Below, in pieces: positions 48,549 through 62,066 of a DNA stretch of 64,000 nt. The stretch lies in contig CM060733.1 of NCBI GenBank assembly GCA_030704615.1, forward strand, positions 41,416,001 to 41,480,000, written 5' to 3'. The notes beneath the pieces were generated by a model that saw only the letters and a program-made list of their open reading frames with translations, was not told the origin of the DNA and searched no databases. The stretch comes from Takakia lepidozioides. Taxonomy: Eukaryota; Plantae; Bryophyta. The number at the start of each line of letters is the position of its first letter. The first letter of the stretch is position 1. The translations under genes and the position numbers were made by a program.

Positions 48549-49719
48549 GGCTCAGTCTGTACGACAGAGTTCAGAAGGATAGACAGACTTTCAAACACAG
48601 ATCCAGTGAATATTGTAAATAGGATTTAGAAGATTTCCAACCTTCCAAGATCATGATCCCTTTCTCTTTTTATTGAAGTGGATCTTCAGATGCTCTGGCT
48701 TTTTGGCTTTCAACGAGCTATTGAAAGTGAGAAAGTATTCCACTTTCCTATGACGTGGATTGCTCGCTCTGCTGATAGATAAGATAACCATATATATAGC
48801 AGAAGCTTTGTAAGAAACAATACTTGACATTATACTACTGAAAGTAAGGTCACTTGAATACTATGGAATCAGAAGTCTTGAGTTGTCCATTTTTTTGAGT
48901 GTCCTAACTTGCTTTGATGAACTGACCAAGTGAATTAGAGTCAGGTACATTTAGCTTTACATATGCCGAATTTCTTGCTCTAAGGTTTGTTAGGCCAATG
49001 CATGCAAGCAAAAGTGTGTCAGTGTGATTGTGTGTGCTGCAACCTTCCAGATGCGCAAAGGGGAGAGGATCAAATACAGCACACATGGACCCAGCTAAAT
49101 TCCACTGGCACTGGTCCACAATCTTCAGCCTGCCACGGTTAAGGAAGGAGAAACCAGGTTTCTTGCTTGGACACAGCATGAAGAGGAAGACGGCAACAAT
49201 CTCCAAGAGGTATGCGATTGGCCCTGGAATGCATTTCTCCTGTACCACCACTGCCCCTGTACAGTATCTGGTGTGGATGTCAGTGTACAGCCCGGGTGTA
49301 TTAGTTCAAAGCAGGCTCAAGGGGACCTATAATCATTTTCTCTGTTGTGGGTTTTGACCAAAGAAACACCGCTGCATTTGGGTGGCGAGGCCCTGAGTTG
49401 CAATCTCTTCTCAAGTAAGACACAGATATCTGGTCTAGACCTAGGGCTTTTCAGACAACAGCATTTCCGCAAAGGGGGTCCAATAGTCCATAAACCACTT
49501 GGCGTATTCAGGCATAAGGCTGGTTTTCAAACCAATCCAGTGCATTAATTCAGCGGATTAAATTCCTTTCTGAAGAAGTCTTGCTGCCTGACTCAAGATG
49601 TAGGTTATAAGCAGGTTATAAGCTACCCAGGTTACAGTACACCAGGTTATAAGCTACCCATAGAATGAAATGCTTTCTACGCACAATATCCCACATACAT
49701 CTGTAGCTTACGGTTTACC

Positions 49720-50043
49720 ATGCAACGACATGAAGCTGCTGCTCACGTCGAGTTGTCCATAAGGCGTCACAGCAACACCTGGGCCACCAATGCTCTCTAT
49801 TCTGAGAAATTGGTGACAAGTGTTTTGGGGAAGGGCAGTGAAGAGAGTGAGGTTGAGAGACACTCACATAATGATGGAAGAGCACGGCAGCCAAATGGAA
49901 GGGAGGCTGGAGGGAGTGTGTGCCCCAAAGAGGCAGAAGGCCTGGGGGGCCAGGGTTTGTGGGAGGGTGCAAAACCTTTTGTGTTTGGTGGCATGGCTGG
50001 TATGCTCGCCACTTCCATCATCCAGCCCCTCGATTTCTTCAAG
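49720..50043 (+). CDS. DTC: First exon of a mitochondrial dicarboxylate/tricarboxylate carrier (DTC-like); downstream exons not found in this window
   Basis: LWEGAKPFVFGGMAGMLATSIIQPLDFFK then a GT donor; carries the carrier signature PxDxxK and the DTC-type KPFVxGG. Confidence 0.75.
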
Positions 50044-50093
50044 GTACTAGGCTGGGGACTCTTTCCCGTCTTTCATCTGCAGAGAGGAGAGGA

Positions 50094-50222
50094 AATGAAA
50101 TGGTGCTTTATAACGTCCGCGGAAAGCTCATAGAGCTTATGGGACAAAATGGAAAGAAAAACATGAGAGAAAACAGGAAACCAGAGTCAAAGATAAGAAC
50201 TATTGTTTGAGTGATTGTCTAA
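50094..50222 (-). mobile_element. 129-bp 3' tip of LINE family B with a 15-bp TSD
   Basis: Matches 14566-14690 (aaatgaaatggtgctttataacgtccgcggaaagctc...). TSD gcagagaggagagga at 50079-50093 and 50223-50237. Confidence 0.9.
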
Positions 50223-50911
50223 GCAGAGAGGAGAGGAGAAATGACTGTGCACTTACCATGCAACCTCAAATTGAACTTTTTCAGGTGTCATAGTAAAAAC
50301 GTGAAACAAAGAGAAGTCATCATATCTAGGAGATTTTGCAACCACGTGGAATCAAGACTGAGAGTAGTTTCATATGAAATGCCTCTATACCAATTGCAGC
50401 TGCTTGATTGCTAGGGCATCATCCTGGGGGAAGTGGAAAGTTAAGTGTGTGAATCTTAGACGAATTGTGCAAAAGAAACAAACCCTTGCCTGATTCTTTC
50501 AACTTTAGTGTTCTCTGAAACTTGTCAAATCCAAACAAACGACTCAGTACAGTGGAAGTGAGATGTACAAGACTCCTTACCGTTCCTACCTCCTTGGGCT
50601 TTTCCTTGGATTGGGATGGTGAATTTGAAGCATGATCCCATCTATTTTCTCCACCCAGAGACCCAGTTTCAGGAATGCGACATGCTGGCACTGATCTGTG
50701 TCAACTACCTATTGAAATGCTGTCAAAGGACGTGTTTCTCCTGTGGACCTAAATACATGTGTTTCTTTACGTGCTCTCCTTCCCTCTCTCATTGTGCCAT
50801 GAGGCCTTGGGCAAGTTTTCCAGTCTCTTTGGTTTTTTGTTCTCTAATTGTTTGTTTGTTAGGTGTTGGTTCTCCCCTAAGCTCTTTTGCTTTGAGTTGA
50901 CATTATGAAGT

Positions 50912-53900
50912 TTGTTTCTTTTCCTCTCTATTGCAATTCGTGTAACTGAAGGATTTGGTACTCTAAATGGTTTACCAATCCTCAAAGTCTACACAAGACG
51001 AGCAAAATCTATACACGGGGTAATTGTCCCCAAGCAGTCTGACGGACAATCTGCCCCTATGTGTGCGGAGCCTGTGCGTCGTGTAACTGAAGATTTTGGT
51101 ACCCTGAATGGTTTACCAATTCTCAAAGTTTACACAAGACGAGCAAAATCTACACATGGGGTAACTGTCCCCCCTTTGCAGAATGGTTGGCCGTCCAGGA
51201 GCAATCACAAGCTACCTAGACGACAAACAATTCACACGCAAAGGGCTGGCTTGCAGCTGGCCACTTTCAACTTCTCAGGGTTGACCAACCAAAGGAAACA
51301 ACTTGAAGTGGGACAAGTTCTTCGGACTAATGATATTCATATCTGTGCTGGGATAAACTGGTTGGAGATGTCATTGGTTATAAATGGGCAGGTAAGATGT
51401 GTACTCTCAAGGCAGCCTCTGCCAAACGCGGTCAAAAAGGGATCGGATTCTTTGTCCGTGATTTCTTGTTTGACAATTGTGAAATTATCAACAAGGGTTT
51501 GAGGTACGAGCATAGTATCTGGCTAAAACTGAATTTGAAGGGCGGCATGAGTACAAAGGACCTCTTTGTTGGTTGTGTTCACATGCCCACAGAGGGGACC
51601 CTTAGTGCTGACGCAGACAAGGCCTTCGAAGATGTAAAGCTGGACTGTGCTTCGTTCCTTGCCAAAGGTCAGGTGGTACTATTGGGGGACTTCGATGCCC
51701 GGGTGGGCAAAGGGATCCATCAGGACGATATCATTGGACCTTTTGGTGAGGACGAGCTGAATTCTAATGGCAGACGGTTAATTAACTGTCTAGAAGAGCT
51801 TCAGCTTTTGACCTTGAATAACAGGACAAGAGGTGACCAAGTGCAGTGGACTCGTGAGAAACCCCAAACTGGGGAACGTTCCATTGTGGACTATATCATA
51901 ATGGACAAAATTTTGTTCCCCCAGTGTGCCAATGTGTTGATCGACAGAACTGATATTGATACCTCTGACCACTTCCTGGTTTGGACTGAGATCAAAAGGT
52001 GTTTTTCCCACCACCAAGAGATCTGTGAAACGTTCGATTCGGAAGTGGCGCATAGAAAAATTCCACAATGAGGAGGTCAATGCTGAGTACGTCCAGGCCT
52101 TGCAAGAGGCTCTCCCTCATTTTGTCCAATCGATCCAAGAACTTCAGTCACGCGCTGTTAACGCAAGAAATGAAGTCGAAAGAGCAGTGGACTCTTGGGA
52201 GAGTTTCGTTTCCTCCGTGGCTGACAAGATCATTGGGAGGAAACTAATTGTCTGCGGTAGAGCAGTTAATTGGTGGACTAATGAGATTAAACTCAAGATA
52301 GCTGAGAGACGAGCCCTCTATAAAGAGTGCTGCAATTTGGAAACCAACAGAGAATTGTGGGCGAGGTACTACCAGCTCCGTAAAGATATCAATCAGCTTG
52401 TTAGGTCTCAGAAGAAATTATACTGGGACAAGTTAGACAGTGAAATAAACTCAAACCACCATGGTGGTAATGACAAGAAATTCTGGTTGGCCCTTCAAAG
52501 TTTGTACAAGCCGAAAAACGGTCAGCAAGTACAAGCGCTGAAGACTACTAAAGGTGCAGTGGTGACTTCATCGGTTGACATTGTCAAAACCTTTGAAACT
52601 CACTACAGTATCCTTGGCAGAACTTCTAGGTCTAACAGTGAGGGGTCTTCTGCTGAATGGAGGGACACAGTTGGAAAAACTGTTCCTATGATTCAAAACA
52701 GCCCTGATGAACTGGAGTATATTTCAATGGCTTATAATGCTCCCATTAGTTCTTCTGAGATTGTGGAAGCAATTGAACATTTAAATGGATATAAAGCTGG
52801 TGGACCTGATGGTATTGTCAACGAGCTTATCAAGCACGGTGGCGATCCCATGATAGAGGCCCTAGTTCTCCTCTTTAACCTTATCTGGAGACTGAAATGA
52901 TCCCCTTTCGCTGGCGACAGGGGTCATTGTCAATCTATACAAGAAGGGTGACAGAGAAGAACCGGGGAACTACCGTGGCATCACGCTCCTCAATGCTGTT
53001 GGCAAGACATTCTGCAGAGTTATAAGTACTCGTCTCGAGGTTGATCTGGAGTCTAGAGGTTGTTTCCACGAAGGCCAAGCTGGCTTTCGGCGAAACAGGG
53101 GCTGTGTGGATCATATCTTCACTCTAAGCCAGATTATCCAGGGAAGGAAAAAGAAGGGAAACCCACTTATGTCTTTTTCCTGGATGTCAAATATGACACA
53201 GTGTAGAGATGGCCTATGGTTCCGCCTCTGGTTTTGTGGGATCAAGGGAAAGATGTGGAGAGTTGTCCACAACTTGTATGCTCACACCAAAGCTGTGTCA
53301 CTGTTAACGGACATAAGTCCTTCTTTGACATAGACCAAGGTGTAGCTCAAGGATGTACTCTCTCCCCTCTGCTCTTCAACGTTTTCATCATCAATCAACT
53401 CCTCGAGGATGTGGAAAGTGAGGGATTTGGGTTAAGGGTGGGTGATACCACCATACCAGCCCTTATGTTTGGCGGATGACTTCGCAGGCATAGGGGAGAC
53501 TCCAACCAATCTCCAGGAGTTGATTGATTGCGCGAAGAGATACTTTGATCTTTGGGGGCTAGAGGCTAATGTCAGCAAATGTGCAGTGGTAGCATTCAAC
53601 GACAGAGGAGAGGGAGGAAGTGATCTTAAGTGGCAGTGGGGTAGCCAAGATCCCGGTCCCCCCTTCCTACACTTACCTGGGCGTTGAGTTCTCCTCCAAT
53701 TGTAATTGGGATGCACATATCCGGAAAGTTGTTCAAACTGGCAGGGCAAAGCTCTGGCGCTCACTAAATTTTCCCACTGCAGAGGGGTCAACTCTGAGGT
53801 TAAGAAAACCATGCTTTGTCGCGCTATTAGACCTGCCTTGGAATACGGATCTGCTATATGGGTTGATAACTCCAACCAGGCTAAGTCTCTATCCTTTCAA

Positions 53901-54364
53901 GTGGGGGTGCTTAAGGAGTGTATGTCAGCATGCTCCAAAACAGCCAATGTGGCTGTTCGGGGTGAGTTTGGCATTCCATCCTTAAGCTCCCGACGAGATG
54001 AATTCAAGGTCAGATGGTGGGGTCAGCTGCAACATATGCCCAACACCAGATATCCTAAGTTAATCGACTCTATATCTTGGAACAGGACCGCCCTGTCAAA
54101 CAGGCTAAGTCCTGGCAGAAGAGAGTAGAAGAGATCCTCAAGGACCTGGACCTGGATCCGCAAGTCTTGACCCTGCTGGATAAATCTGACTTAGAGGCTG
54201 TAGTGTCCTCAGCCATGTCTGTTGCCTGAGATTGTCTGATGAAAATGAAGTTAGGCAGAAAATCTTCCCTTAACTTGTTTCCAGTCTGTGACATGGGGGA
54301 GGACATCTTGGATGACCCAGGGTCTACCACTCTCGGCACTAGACTGAAATTTAAACTCAGGGCA
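50912..54364 (+). mobile_element. Near-complete LINE ORF2 (APE endonuclease and RT), frameshifted, running into the gap; probably family A
   Basis: Endonuclease motifs ATFN, VLLGDFDARVG, SIVDYI and SDH; RT motifs GPDGI, GNYRGITLL, QAGFR, GVAQGCTLSPLLF and a frameshifted FADD; ends with LKFKLRA at the gap. Confidence 0.93.
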
Positions 54365-54864
54365 NNNNNNNNNNNNNNNNNNNNNNNNNNNNNNNNNNNN
54401 NNNNNNNNNNNNNNNNNNNNNNNNNNNNNNNNNNNNNNNNNNNNNNNNNNNNNNNNNNNNNNNNNNNNNNNNNNNNNNNNNNNNNNNNNNNNNNNNNNNN
54501 NNNNNNNNNNNNNNNNNNNNNNNNNNNNNNNNNNNNNNNNNNNNNNNNNNNNNNNNNNNNNNNNNNNNNNNNNNNNNNNNNNNNNNNNNNNNNNNNNNNN
54601 NNNNNNNNNNNNNNNNNNNNNNNNNNNNNNNNNNNNNNNNNNNNNNNNNNNNNNNNNNNNNNNNNNNNNNNNNNNNNNNNNNNNNNNNNNNNNNNNNNNN
54701 NNNNNNNNNNNNNNNNNNNNNNNNNNNNNNNNNNNNNNNNNNNNNNNNNNNNNNNNNNNNNNNNNNNNNNNNNNNNNNNNNNNNNNNNNNNNNNNNNNNN
54801 NNNNNNNNNNNNNNNNNNNNNNNNNNNNNNNNNNNNNNNNNNNNNNNNNNNNNNNNNNNNNNNN
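54365..54864. other. Assembly gap (500 N)
   Basis: Exactly 500 N, with indel-rich sequence on both flanks. Confidence 0.99.
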
Positions 54865-57800
54865 CACAGACCTGAACAGCAACGGTGACCAGTTATAATG
54901 TGAAGCCGGAAGGGCGAGAAACAGTCATGGACTTTGATGATTCTATGCCAGTAATCCAATTGAGAATGGAAGACTAACTAACTGATGTACTGATCGAGGG
55001 AGGTTATGGCGAAATATCATGACAGAACCAATTAAGGAAGAAGCTTGGTCTAAGTAACATAAACCAACCCCATTTTATGTAAAAAATGGCAGATCAAAGA
55101 AGTGTAAACAAAACCATTGGATTGATAAGAGGAGTTAAGATAAAGATATAGAAGATGATCGTTATGATCACAGTAAAAATGTGTTGAAGAGGATGAAGTC
55201 AGGGGATTACTCCTTATATTGGGACGTCCGTGGCTGAAACAGGCCAGGGTATTCCATGACTGGGAATTCTCAGTTATTAACTGGCATAATGGGATGCACC
55301 GAGATACAAATTACCCACTAAGAAATCTAGTAGATACCTGCTACGAGAAGACCTCGAGGGGTCAGAGAGTATGACTGGAGGGGAGAGGACTGGATGAGGA
55401 GCAGGAAGTACCCTGTTCGCTGCCTACCAGAGTGGAGCAGGTGCAGAGATGCGGCTGGAAGGCCAAGGTTGTGTAAGAGGTATGTGCTGGGTGTAGGTCA
55501 AGCAACACCAATTGAGAGGAACCAGCAGTTACCCACCACATTCTATGAAGGAAAGAGAAGGAGAAATTGGAAATCCTAGAGTACCAGCCACTGTGAGTTT
55601 ACAGGATGAAGTTGTGATTGGTGCGACAATCACAGCTGATGAGCAGTGAGGAAGTGAATGTGGGAACTGAAGGAGGAACCGAGGGGATGGTGAAGGTAGG
55701 AGCTGATTTGGAACCAGAAATTCTTGAGGAAGCTAAGAGCTGTTCATCAAATATAGAGATGTATTTGCTTAGAGTACGAGGATCTTAAAGGGTACCACCT
55801 GAGATCTGTCAGCATAAGATTGAACTGGAACAAGGGTCAGTACCAATTAACAGGCAAGGTACAGAATGAATCCCAACTATGCACAGAAGGTTGGAGAAGA
55901 CGATCAGAAGTTGGCTGAGGCTAAGTTTATATACCCGATAGAGTATACAACTGGTTGTCACTCATTGTGAAGTTCCATGAAGAATGGTAAACTGAAAGGT
56001 TTGTGTGACTATAAGAAGTTGAATAGCTTGCCCGGAAGAAGGATCCATTCCCTTTACCATTCACAAAGAATACTGGACACTATTCACCGCATGAGATGTA
56101 CTCATTCCTGGACTGGCTTCAGTGGTTATAATCAAGTGCAAGTGGCAGAAAAGACAGGGAAAGACAACTTTCCATCACAGACTGGGGTGCTTATGCATAC
56201 AAAGTCATGCCCTTTGGACTTTGTAATGCACCAGAACCTTTCAGAGAGTGATAAGTGAATCTTTCATGAGTATCTGGATGATTTCATGTAGGTGTTCTGG
56301 ATGAGTTCAGTGTGTACAGCTCTAAGAGTGAGCACTTGCATAAATTGGAGTTATGTTTGGCCAGATGCAGGATGACGGGTCTGGGCCTGAAATCCAGAGC
56401 AATGTATTTTCTGTGTGACAAAACATCAGGGGTGCTCTTGGGACACATTGTGTGCAAGAAATGACTTCTTGTGGATCCAGAAAGACCAGGCCATTAAAGC
56501 CTCTCCACCCACAGTAAATGCTAAGAGTTTAAGGAGATTACTGGACAAACCAGTTATTACCAAAGATTGTCAGACAGTTATGCACAGATAGCAGCACCAT
56601 TGAGAAGCTTCTGAAGAAAGAGGCAGTGTTTGCATGGATAGCTGAATGTCAACAGGCTTTTGAGGAACTGACATTGTCAATAACAACTACACCTGTACTG
56701 ATTAATCCTCACTAGCAGGAAATATTTCATGTTCACTGTGATGCTCAGGAGAAGCATTGGAGCATTGTTAGCCCAAAATATTACAGGAAAGAGGATTCAC
56801 CTGTGTACTATGCTAGCCGATTGATGAACAGTGCTGAAGGGAATTATAGCACAACGGAAAGAGAAGCATTGGCAATGATCTATGCAGTGAAGAAATTCAG
56901 GCATTACTTGTTGGGCAAGAAGTTTATATTTTATGTGGATCACCCAGGCTCTGATATTACGTGGTGAACAAGCCTCTGGTAAGTGGAAGAAATAGGCAAG
57001 ATGGTTGATAATCTTGCACGAGTTTGAGTTCGAGGTTGTTTACAAGCCAGGAAGGTTGCATCTTGTGGCAGACCACTTGTCACGCCTATCAACAGGAGAG
57101 CCAGCCCAACGGAGTAGACGACCAATTACCAGATGCGAGGTTTATTTGAAGTAGAGGTGCAGGGAAGTGCAGATGACTGGTTAGATTGGCAGTGGCCATC
57201 AGATACTACCTTACTCATGGTCAATGCCCACCAAGTTATGGAAAGGAGCAGAGGAAGAGAATTGCTATCAAGGCTTTACCTTATACAATGATAGGGAACA
57301 GAATGTATAAGCTAGGACCAGATGGAGTACTGAGCGATGCTTGTACCACCATGAAGTAAATAAAGTTTGGAGGAAGTTCATAAAGGAGTGGCAAGAGGCC
57401 ATTTTGGAGAAGAGACTACCAGTAGGAAGATATTACTTGCAGGGTACTGGTGGCCTACTTTGTTCAAGGATGTACACAAGTACGCTAAAACTTGTGATGA
57501 GTGTCAGAGGTGGGGACCATTGCAGAGATTGGAAAGATGGCTTTGCATCCTACGATGCCTACTGAACCTTCAGAAAGGGGGACGGGGACTTTGTTGGACC
57601 AATAAACCCCACCAGCCAAGAATACACAGAACAAGTATATAATCACAGGCCACTGATTATACTACGAGGTGGGTGGAAGCTAAAGCACTGAGGGACAACA
57701 CAGCTAAGTCCATAGCAGGTTCTTGTATGAGAACATACTTACACGATTGGCTATCCCATGCGAATTTATCAGTGACCAGGGAAGTCACTTCATCAATGAG

Positions 57801-58544
57801 ACCATAGAACTCGACTAAGGAATTCATGATTGTGCATAGAAAGAGTACCAACTATTACCCACAGGGTAATGGACAGGCAGAGGCTACAACAAAATACTAT
57901 GTACCATCTGGCTAAGATAGTCACTGCGAACAAAACAGATTGGGATACAAAACTGCTGACAGCTTTGTGGTCATACGGGATTCATATAAAGTCACCACTA
58001 AGTATACACCTTACAATTAGTTTATGGTATGGAAGCTTTACTTCCGTGGAGTTCTTGTTACCTACTATGAGGAACTGAATGGGGAAGAAGAAGGGAATTG
58101 GAAGATTCAATTAAGGTCAGGAAACATGGAATTATACCATGTGGAGAAAGTACGAGCTGATGCAGCTAACAACATGACCAGAATTCAGATGAAGAGGAAG
58201 GACCAGTTGATGAAGGGAAGTTAAAGACTTTTAAGACGGGGGATTTGGTTTGGGTTGCAGAAGAAGGGTAAGATAAGCTTCTAAGCTTAAATCACCATGG
58301 AAAGGACCTTATGTCATACAGAAGATGTATGATAACAACACCGCCCATGTTACAAACCATTAACAAAGAGATGCTGGGAAGAGTCGATGCAATAAATTGA
58401 AGGGGTACAGTGGTATCCATGACAAACCATTGCGCATGATTTGCATGTTGAAACGCGGAAGCAGTCATGGGCTGACAGTGATACCACGGAGTATGGAGCA
58501 CTCGTCGCTAGTCCGAGCGTATATGACCAGTGCGGGTAGTACAG

Positions 58545-58880
58545 GCGCGACACAGCCTATCATAGCCCATCACAGTGTGACACAGCCTATCACAGCCCAT
58601 CACAGTGTGGCACAGCCTATCACAGTCCATCACAGTGTGGCACAGCCTATAACAAACCATCATAGTGTGGCACAACCTATCACAGCCCATTCCGGCGCGA
58701 CAGAGCCTATCACAGCCCAGCACGGAGCGAACAAGGCCTATAACAGACCATACAGGTGACCCAGCCTATCACAACCTACCACAACGGGTCACAGCCTATC
58801 ACAGCTTACCACAGTACAACACATCCTATCACAGCGTACCACAGTATGACACAGTCTGTCACAGCTCACACAGCCTAAGG
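58545..58880 (+). repeat. Tandem array of 10-nt subunits (CACAGxxxxx) with a 30-nt period
   Basis: cacagcctat-cacagcccat-cacagtgtgg repeated; a homologous shorter array lies at 38760-38900. Confidence 0.92.
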
Positions 58881-59324
58881 GTGTTAACAATCCAAAGGAT
58901 CAGTGTGACCAGGATGTGGGTTAACATCCGGAGGTTGCCGGCGGGGAAAAGGGGAAGGAGACCAGTTTAAAAATGGACACGTGGACGCCAGGGCGAGACC
59001 CACAGCCGGACATGAAGTACAAGAATGGGTGTCATCAAGAAAGCATACAGGCCGTCAAAGTACCTACCCGGTACAGCAAATAATTGTGGGCCATTAATGC
59101 ATTGGTACCAGGGTAACGGAGCTCCTTTTCGAGTTCAGAAAAGGGAATTAAATTACGAAACCAATCACAGAGCCAACAGCCAATCACGAGCCAAAATTAC
59201 CTGCACAGGGTATTTTCCAAGAAGCGAAATCAAGAAATTTGAGGGATTTGAGTGCAAGAGCGACGTCGTTCCAAGTAACGGGCGTCTCGACGGGGGACAA
59301 TCAAAACTATAGCGCTTGAAGCTA

Positions 59325-61635
59325 TGGCGGAAAATAACAGACTACACGCTCGCCTTACTACTTACGCAGTGGCACAAGGACAGACGAACGGAGAGTACAT
59401 TTTCTATAAGTCGATACTTGCAAGCCCCGCAGGCTTACAAACACTTACCAATGCATTCTGCGCCAGAACATCTTTTTTATGCTCTTGTGCCCTGCAGGCG
59501 TTTTTCAGTTGTTGCAACCAAAACCAATCTGTTTGTCCAGAATGAGAGAGATGAGAGGAATGGAAAGCCACACAATCTTACAGAGGCGCAAACGATCGCA
59601 TTGCACCACAGGCGGTGCTGCCAAGCTACGAAGGAGCTGCGATTGGAGGGATTGCTACGCAAGGGACTGGTCCTTGCATCATTCGGCAGTTTCATGATAC
59701 AATTTCTTCAAAACTTTGAGCCTCGGACAGAATTACTCAGGTGAGGGGAGTAGATATAGAAATTACTCCCCAGTACCTGCAGCAACTGTTTGATTTGCCA
59801 TCAGGAACATGTGGAGGTGGATGAGCACAGGGCAAGATTGCCAGCTAGGGAATTTGTTCCAAGAATGGAGTTTCTTTAAACTCAGGTTTTGCTTGTACCA
59901 AAGCCGAGTACCCAGGGCTTAGGGAGGTTGGCCAATCTTGAATGTTCTGTTTGCCATGAAACAGAACCAACAGTATTTGAGCAGGTCCTTCACAGAGGAG
60001 ATCTTGAAAGCTTTGAGGAGAGAGGATGTTGCTTGGGCAGAGTTAATGTACAAAGGATTGGTGGACGAGATGAAGAGGTTAATAGGCACTGCTGCGAAGT
60101 TTCCGATCATTGTGTCCGGTCCAATCATTGCTCAAAAAATTTAAACTCTGCATACTTGATACTCGGGAGAGAAAGGAGATGGGAGTGTTTGAAACAGAAA
60201 CAACTGCAGTTGAAGAGCAAGGCTCTTCACATAGTGAGGGTGGGCTGGCAGTGCAACCCCAGTCTAAGAGACAGAGGTGGGGAAAGACTTGTAGTGCGGA
60301 TTCCACTGGCTTCACGGAAAACGCGTATGATAATGTTCTCAAGCTCTTGTGCAGGAAGGGGCACAGCAGCATAGAGAGCTGCTATTATTGGAAGCAGGGC
60401 CTTCAGAGAGAGAGGAGGAAGTCACTTCGATGTCACAGCTACTACAACCAATTGACTCTGTTGTTTTAGAGGCTCCACAATTAGTATATGCTGTGGCATC
60501 ACCAACAATTGCTCTGGAAGGAGAACGGTTGGACATACCAACTACAGAGCAGGTCGTGGCTGAAATTGAGAAGGGTGACCTTCTCTATGAAAATTCTGGC
60601 TTGGTCAGGGAAACAGTGATTCCGGAGGTGCAGCGGTTGTCCAGGGGAAACCCTGCTATTGTTGTAATACCCACACCTGTGACGGAGGTACCACAAGTAG
60701 AATGTCAAGACACTGCAGCACCTGTAGCGGATGAGGTGGTTCAGGAAGAAAATCTGGTGGGGCAATGGCCTGAATGGTTCGTGAGGCATCACACTGTTGA
60801 GGATCTGGGAGAACAACAGCAAGCTCACAATGATGACCCTCAGCAGGCCATGCTTATGAGTTTTATAAGCAGGACACTTAATTTGTTAGGCACTTATGTG
60901 AAATCCCATGTTCCATCTACCCAATTGATAGCTTTGAGAGAGGAACTCAGGAAGGAGTTTGAGGCTCGACTTGCCACTGAGTGTGCAAACAAGGTCAATG
61001 AGGAGGTCACTCTCAAGATACAGCAAGAGTTAGAAAGTACAAAAGCTGCTTTGCAATTGGCCAAGGAACATTTGATTGAAGAAGGCCTCGCGCAAGACCA
61101 GTTGCACGAAGCACATAAGCAACAGCTATACCAAATGCAGGTGAAACATGAGAGCAAGTTGCAAGAAGTGAATGCTGCAGACAGTACATGAGAGGATGGC
61201 CATACAATGTGCTACACTCACAACTACGCTTGAGCAAACTACATTAGAAGTTAACAACCAAGCGAAAAGATGTGTGAAGGCACAGGCCGATAATCTCGAG
61301 CAGACGAAACTCATTATTGATATGAAGAATACAATCTGTCGCAACGAGAATACTTTCAAGCAATACAGGCAGGTTGAAGCTGACCAAGAGAGGTACATCC
61401 TGGAATTGCAACAAACGGTCATGGCCAATAGAAATGAACTCTCTGTCGCTAACAAGGCTTGGAAAGAAGCCAATAATCTGGCTGCTGCCTATGCGAGTTT
61501 GGTTGAACCTCATGCGAAGCGCATGGAGGCTTTACAGCAGCAGATAGATGTGTACAAGCTCACAGAGGAGCAGACTCTCAGGGGTGCCACAAACAACTTG
61601 GTGGATAACCACCTTATGCAGCTCTGGTTAACACA
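59325..61635 (+). pseudogene. Extra (env-like/Athila-type accessory) ORF of the Gypsy element, ~750 aa in frameshifted pieces, with a C-terminal coiled coil
   Basis: ORFs 59316-59744, 59938-60144, 60349-61191 and 61172-61744. The motif FLQNF...VRGV.IEITPQYLQQLFDLP resembles plant retrotransposon accessory domains. Confidence 0.7.
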
Positions 61636-62066
61636 AGGGCCGGTGGGAGGTTTGCTATTTCATGAGCATGAGCGGCATGAGCGGCATGAGCAGAGTAGTA
61701 AGACAATCGGTTTTCATGAGCAGAAGTACAAATTTCGAAAATAAAAAACAATAAAAACAATAATTTAATGCAATGTGTCAGGAAAAACAAATATATTATT
61801 CGGCCCCTTGAAGGGAAAATTGCAGTTTTGACAGTTGTGCTCATGATATTTCGTCTTCCGCTCATGCCAATTCCAGCGACATGTGCAAATATGGCGCCGA
61901 ATTTCGCGGTAATAGGGTCCGTAACCTGAAAAAACGGCGACGTATTTCGCGTAATAGGTCTCTCTGGCAAAAAATGGTGCCGAATTCCGCGGCTATAGGT
62001 CCCCTCATGACAGGTAATTCGGCGCCATTTTTCCAGTGCATGTTCGGACTTAGCCAGTTTTCGGCG
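61636..62066. repeat. Putative terminal/subterminal region of the DNA transposon
   Basis: Starts gggccggtgggagg where the Gypsy extra ORF appears to break. Contains (catgagcgg)n and three copies of ggcgccgaatttcgcgg-taatagg-like motifs at ~61893, ~61936 and ~61976, plus one inverted copy. Confidence 0.5.

Larger units (their letters stand above)
54865..61635 (+). mobile_element. Non-chromovirus Ty3/Gypsy internal region (PR, RT, RNase H, INT) followed by a tandem array and an extra ORF; heavily frameshifted
   Basis: PNYAQKV, GFSGYNQV, MPFGLCNAP, FHVHCDA, NYSTTEREALAMIYAVKKFRHYL, integrase HHCC (GHFG...CDECQR), ISDQGSHF and YYPQGNGQAE. Confidence 0.92.

Noticed and set aside
48904-49548. Overlapping 67-115 aa ORFs
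   Set aside because: No recognisable domain or coherent exon structure.
54070-54959. Long ORFs containing X runs
   Set aside because: Artefacts of translating through the 500-N gap.
58545-58880. CRISPR-like regular repeats (also 38760-38900 and 47020-48545)
   Set aside because: Contiguous tandem units with no unique spacers, eukaryotic context and no cas genes.
55000-60400. Frameshifts interpreted as programmed recoding
   Set aside because: Dense single-base indels beside a gap are better explained by poor contig-end consensus or by decay.
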